64,000 bases of DNA, from the NCBI GenBank assembly GCA_964035545.1, contig OZ037767.1, positions 18,754,259 through 18,818,258 on the forward strand, written 5' to 3'. The notes under the pieces are model-generated. The model saw nothing but the letters and a program-made list of their open reading frames with translations, was not told the origin of the DNA and did no database searches. This stretch comes from Bugula neritina (lineage: Eukaryota > Animalia > Bryozoa). Below, piece by piece: positions 58,196 through 64,000 of this stretch (its first letter is position 1; each line of letters begins with the position of its first letter). Both the position numbers and the translations under genes were made by a program.

Positions 58196-61100
58196 AAGAG
58201 CAAGTCTTTATGAGATCTACTCTCAGTTCTTCTACAAAGATGTGGAATGAAGACATCCAGCCAGTGTAGGCATCACCAAGAGTTTCTGCAGAGCAGTAAC
58301 CAACAGCGTAGGTGATGGTGTGACTTCCTAGAGAGATTCTGTGACAAATTCCACTCACTAAAACCAAGCAATTCAGTCTCAGTTATTTAACCCCAAACTA
58401 AGTCATGCATAATTTAATAAATCACTTTCGATTTGCTTTAGACCAGGCCTGCTTAATTTAGACTATAAAACTTTAGATTCCTGCACAAAGCAAAACTGGT
58501 TGAACTTTATAGACTATATAGCAAAATACATAACAAATGTTAGCAGAGAGAACAGGAGACCTAGTAAATCTACTCTGCTAACTGAAAACGTGGGAACTTA
58601 TTAGTTTATAAATAAATAGGTGGCTCAAAAAATGGTTTGCACTGATCAGAGTGAAAAACCATGACTCATTAGCTTTTGATAGACCACATTCTCATTAAAA
58701 TACAAAAAACTTGATGGTGCCCTGGCTCTGTTAAGTTTTGTTTAAGCTTCCACAAAAAAAATTCCTACAATTTCCACAAATAACCTCATGAGTTTATTCT
58801 AAAGCATATGAATATTAACTATGAACGTTTTTAGTTAGATCGAAGTTAGTGAAAGGCTATCACTATTGGTTATTACAGAAGGTGATGTAATGTATAGATA
58901 CCCACCTTGCATTAGTTATTACAGAGTGTAACATACAAGCATTATTATTCACCTTGCATCGGCTGATGGGAGTTGGAGGTCTTGTCAAAAAATAAAATCC
59001 CATCAATTTTTCCAGGAGAGCCACACTCAGTGTCATCAATTTTGAAATACCTGTAAATATGTTTTTTTAACTATTACACTTACAGCTCATTTTAACAATA
59101 TTTTTAGCCGATTTCATGGTCTTAACTCATACATTATTTGGCTTTTCATGATAACTATAGTTACCAAGTCTGTTGGCACAAAATATTTAAAAGAAATAGT
59201 ACGATATTTAGATGCATGTTTATTACTATTACAAAATTAATATTAATTGTTGTACTATAATATATAAGGCAGTGTTAGCTTTGCTATTTGGAATTCAAAT
59301 ACAAAATTTGTCAAATCAGATGCCTGAATATCAGGACCCTTGACTTTGGCTAAAATTGGATTCACAAAACAAATATAAAAGTGGACTGTAAAAGGTAGAA
59401 CTTACAAAAAAGATATTTATAAACTCAACTCCTTAAAATCTACTACACCATACCATCTTGCGCATGGTCCCATCCCCCTGTCCAGGTCATACAAAATACG
59501 ATGGTCTCCACTAGCAGTTAGTCTAAGTCCAGTGTCTGCATACTCCTTCACATAAGTTATGACATACAGATCTGCTGCATCATCATCTTTATTACTTGCC
59601 CAGTAATGGAATCTCTCCAGATTACCACTGTGACTTCTGTACATCTTTTGATCACCCGAGATCACTACAACTCATCACAGTTTATCTAAATCGACAGCTG
59701 TATAAGAGAGCTTACCACTAAAAATTAAAGTCAATTTTAGTCACAGTTTAAGCAAACAAATCAACTATATAGATTTTTTAATTAGGTTATTAAAATATTT
59801 CTTAAACAATAGAATTCTTAAGACAATATTTAAATAAACTGAGATGCTATTTCCATTGCAAGTTTCCTCATCTTTTGACTATAGAAACTTGTTTGAGTTT
59901 TTATTTATAATATGTTGACTACTTCCTGATTGTATGTTTAGTACTTCCTGTTTATATTATGTTGACTACTTCTTGTTTATATGCTTAGTACAGTTTCCTG
60001 GTTGTATGTTTACTACCACCTGTTTGCTTGTCTAGTACTTCCTATTTGCATGTTAACTACTTTTTTTCAAGAAGTTAATTTACAAAATGATGTAAGAGCA
60101 AGCAAACTAGTTATTTAAACAAAGTAGAGTTTTATGTAGCACTGCAATATAAAAAAAAGCAGTCAGCCCAAAGTTTGACTTTGGCGTTTTTAACCAATAT
60201 TTTTTTAATAGAAATAAAAAAACTCTTAAATATACACTCAAAGACTTCCACTGAAAGTGTTCTAGAAAACAAATAATATATACAAAGAGATATAGATAAC
60301 ATGCAGCAATACTATAAAGAGTATCATATTATGTCAATACTAAAATATATTCATATCATATTTTACCTCCGTCTACTGCATGACTCATTCTCACTTCCTC
60401 AATGTGCAGCAGTGAAGGTGAATTAAGCCAACCATTGATGAATTTTGTTGGCTGAGTCTTATCCTCCACACATCTCCCGATATGCAATGTGATATTATGT
60501 GTTCCTTTAGCCAGTCTATTTTCACACACTCCTTCTACTATAGTGACACAAAGTCATATACTCTACTATACAACAAATTACAGAAATAATAATTTTACTG
60601 TAAAAACTTCTTTTGCTCAATATAATCAGTTGTTTTCTTAAATTAATTATAATTACTGCGGCAACAACAAAATATATGTCCTGAAAATATTATCATATGT
60701 TTTGTTTTATATAAAATATATTTATTAGAAAAAATATGCTAAATGAATCAGTTTAATCATAATGCCTAGAATTAAAATTTTCAGAAGTTTTGAATAAATT
60801 TGGGTCAAAAAGTTATATACTTATATTTTTTTGCATTGCAGGTTGTTTCTTGCTGTGAGATTACTCACATGTTCTTGTCCTTCTATGGTCTCTCCAATAC
60901 TCAAAGTGATTTGGTGTTCCAGCCAATAGTGCATAATCCAGCTCAGGGGAACAAGCAACTCCTCCTATTTTGACAAACCTGCTCAAAAATTACAAATAAA
61001 ATATACCTGATGATTCAAATTTTTATGCCTTCAAGAGTTTTCCTAGCAATTCATTTTGTTTGTTTTTACGTTGATAAATTGGAAACTTGTTTTTGGTTCT

Positions 61101-64000
61101 ATTAAAGTTAAACAAAAAGAGACAAAAATAAAACTTTCTAAACGTTTACCATCTGGCGCAATAATATTTCTTATCCTCAGAAATATAGACTCCAGACACG
61201 GAACTGTACTTGATTCTCAGACTAGTGTCGTCTGCCAGCTTTGTGTACATCACTTCCTGTAATTGTGTAAATATTATTTTCCATCAAAATGATTACAAGA
61301 TTTAAGAAAACATCTTCTTGCACTAAAGTGTTAATAACTACAAGTTCCTCTGTTTTATAACTTATCAGTCACAACGATTGGATTTTTACACAGAAACCAA
61401 CATGGCAGGCTGTATATCAAGTGAAAAGTATAGCCCACTTGGCACATAGCCAGACTATCTTATCTTCCCAATGAGTTATCTGAATGGTTGACTCCTGGCG
61501 ACTTCGCTAAGAGAACTGACTGTACAGCTTACTTTAATGAGTACAGTCTCGCTGTTAAGATCAACTGTCTGGTCCACAGAGTCTACCCACGTCTCATACT
61601 TGTAGTTGAACACATTGAGTAGAGGGCAAGAGAGGAGATTTTCCTCTAAAACATATGTACCCATGTAAAAGTAAATTATTTTTATGTCAGTAGTAGAAAT
61701 CTAAACATAGTAGGGCCTATACTCTAATGTTGCGGAAAAGAACAAGTATTGAAACAACTAATACGATGTAATTGTCACCTTAATGGTGTGAAGAGATTGA
61801 AAGTACGTAATTTCACAAAATACATAATAATTATAAGAGGCAATCATCACATTTTAAAATTTTAGTCGTCATGACAACTATTTAGTAAGATGAAAATTAT
61901 GAAAGTTATTAAAGTTAACTAAAACCAACTCTACATTTATTAAAATGCAAAATTATAGTAAAGAGGACAAAACTTTCCAGTTTCAGTAAACCTTACTGTT
62001 GAAATAATACCCAGCAATAACACTTACTTTAGCAACTCATTATAATATATAGCTGATTGACAGAATATTTGCATGGACATGAACAGAAGAACGACTTATG
62101 TATCAGTTATGAAACAACATTGCAAGCTTTTCTTGTATAATTTCCTGCTAAATTATGTAATAGCTTAGTTATTACGACCATATTTTTAATTTTTTAATTG
62201 CATTGTGAAATTTCTCTCAATCATGAAAAGAATGAGCTAAACAAAAGTTTTTGCAAGAAACATTTGCTATCGATAGAATCACATTAACAAAACTTTTATA
62301 GTTGCAGCAAATTATCTTAATAATATTTTTGTAAGCAGCAAGCAGGCACACTAATCAATTACACTAAAGGGGCTCCGAGATTCCAAACAACAATTTTTAC
62401 TACTTCAACTTGCAATTGACCACAAGAATTGAAATTTGATGCAATATTTTTGCTGCTAAAACTCGAAAGGTTGCTCTATCAAACTAGGGGTATCTATACG
62501 CTTTTTATTCTGAATAATCAGTTTATATATAGCTATATCACATTGCTTAAAATTTAGGTAAATGCTCAAGAATAGAAGTGGTATTAGTTGTTCGGGTGAT
62601 CTCGTACCAGCGATTCTTTTGATTGGCACCATTTCCATAATCAACATAGTTCGGACAGAATTCCAGCCTGTGAAGGCATCAGAAGAGTTGTATCCTGTGC
62701 AGGGAGCAACTAACAGCTTCACTTCCCTGTTACCACCATCCAACCCATAACATGTACCGTCAACTGCAGTGCAAAAAAACAATCTGAAAAACTGCTTTAA
62801 TTGCAGTGCAAACTTTAAAGCTTAAAATTTTGTGAAAGACTGTTGCCATTATGTGTTAACCAAATGACATCAAATTTGGAAAGTAAGTGATTATCATAAA
62901 TCTTCCGCTGACTAAGAAATTTCACTAGTGAATAGAAATATATTTCAGCAAACTATACTTCTTGGGAGGAAGGTTTGAGTGTCTGTTCCCAAAAGTCATA
63001 TCAAATCAGTATCATGGCTAAACACATTCTGTGAAACAAGGGTTTTTAAAGTAACACTTTTTAATTAAAAAGAAATATAAATTAAGGTATAAAAAGAAAT
63101 TAGAAAACGAATAGAAAAATACTGTTTACAAAATTAAAAATAATATGAATAAAGCTATAAATTTATGTTTTAATGTTTTAATAGAGATTGTAATGCATAT
63201 GATATAAACATTCAGTTAGAAACTTACTTACTTCAGCATAAAGTTATTTTGCAACACAATAATTTATAACTTACTGTCCATAGTGCGGTGATGGTTGCCA
63301 ATATTTAGACTGTAGTCTAGCATCTCGAGAGTGCTGGGGTTGTTACACTCAGTCCCGTCAAATGTGAGGAACCAGCGTTGACACTGACCAGGAGAGTAAT
63401 GGTGGGCTCTGACCACCACATGGAGGACAACTCTCAGACCTGAGTCAGCATGAGACTTCGGATACGTTGCCGTCTGGAAAATTCAACACTAACAAAGCTG
63501 GTTCTCTTCTGAAAACTTTCTTACACACATTAAATTGTAACTTGCTTCAAGCATTATAAAAATGATTTCTGGTCTTAGTAGAAATTCAAATGCGTGTCAT
63601 ATTTTTATTTTTATTGCAGACAAACAATGAGTGGCATAGTTGCACTTTTTATTTAATTGTTGGTTTTTTTAAATCTAAGTTTTCCGATTATTTATTAGCT
63701 AAATTCTTGTTCAAAGAGATTTATAATAGCTAAATCTAAGTTAATATGTCTGACTTTTTCCAACGTTTTAAGAATTGTTTAGCTATAGCTCTGGGCTGAG
63801 AATACAGAGGTAAAGCTTATTTTTTCTTCTAAAATGCAAAGAATTTATTCTAAAAAGGAACAAATTTTTTGAATAGTTATCATTAAAAAATTTATTTTTG
63901 GAAGTTTTAAATGGTGTTTGCTATAATGTCGTCAAGGGAAAGGTTAGTTATAACTAGTTACCATGACGATGCCTTCATCAGTGTCATCACCAGTATGAGG
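58170..64000 (-). CDS. Protein with at least three tandem CTHRC1-type C-terminal domains (5' end outside window)
   Basis: Exons >64000-63962, 63473-63275, 62763-62608, 61645-61533, 61256-61150, 60978-60869, 60537-60367, 59664-59454, 59050-58953, 58357-58170. Three repeats of K..DS/T.LR...C.RW(F/Y)....C....H....G.C.......C...GW....I.E, e.g. CQRWFLTFDGTEC and DAFTGWNS, matching the CTHRC1 globular domain. Confidence 0.88.

Overview
AT-rich, intron-containing animal (probably invertebrate) genomic DNA. It holds a minus-strand cluster of innate-immunity-like genes buried in transposon debris and (TA)n microsatellites. Gene models were spliced by hand using GT-AG sites and phase checks. (1) A ~511-aa type-I membrane protein (5-7497) with a Grindelwald-like single Cys-rich TNF-receptor ectodomain and a cytoplasmic tail of ~31 tandem P-A-Q-T-S/P-D units resembling TRAF-binding motifs. 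(2) A type-II membrane TNF-ligand-like gene (26232-41165) with inactivating lesions, plus scattered paralogous exon remnants. (3) A ~413-aa signal peptide-CUB-TM-TIR receptor (47746-53584). (4) An orphan Ser/Thr/acidic 3' gene fragment. (5) A gene with at least three tandem CTHRC1-type C-terminal domains running off the right end. Mobile DNA includes an AcademX-like transposon, Tc1 and pogo elements, several MITE families, Gypsy fragments, LINE/SINE remnants and Penelope-like elements. Four unrelated hammerhead-ribozyme-bearing (or -like) termini all sit in (TA)n tracts in inverted or palindromic arrangements. No database searches were run; family assignments rest on recognised motifs.
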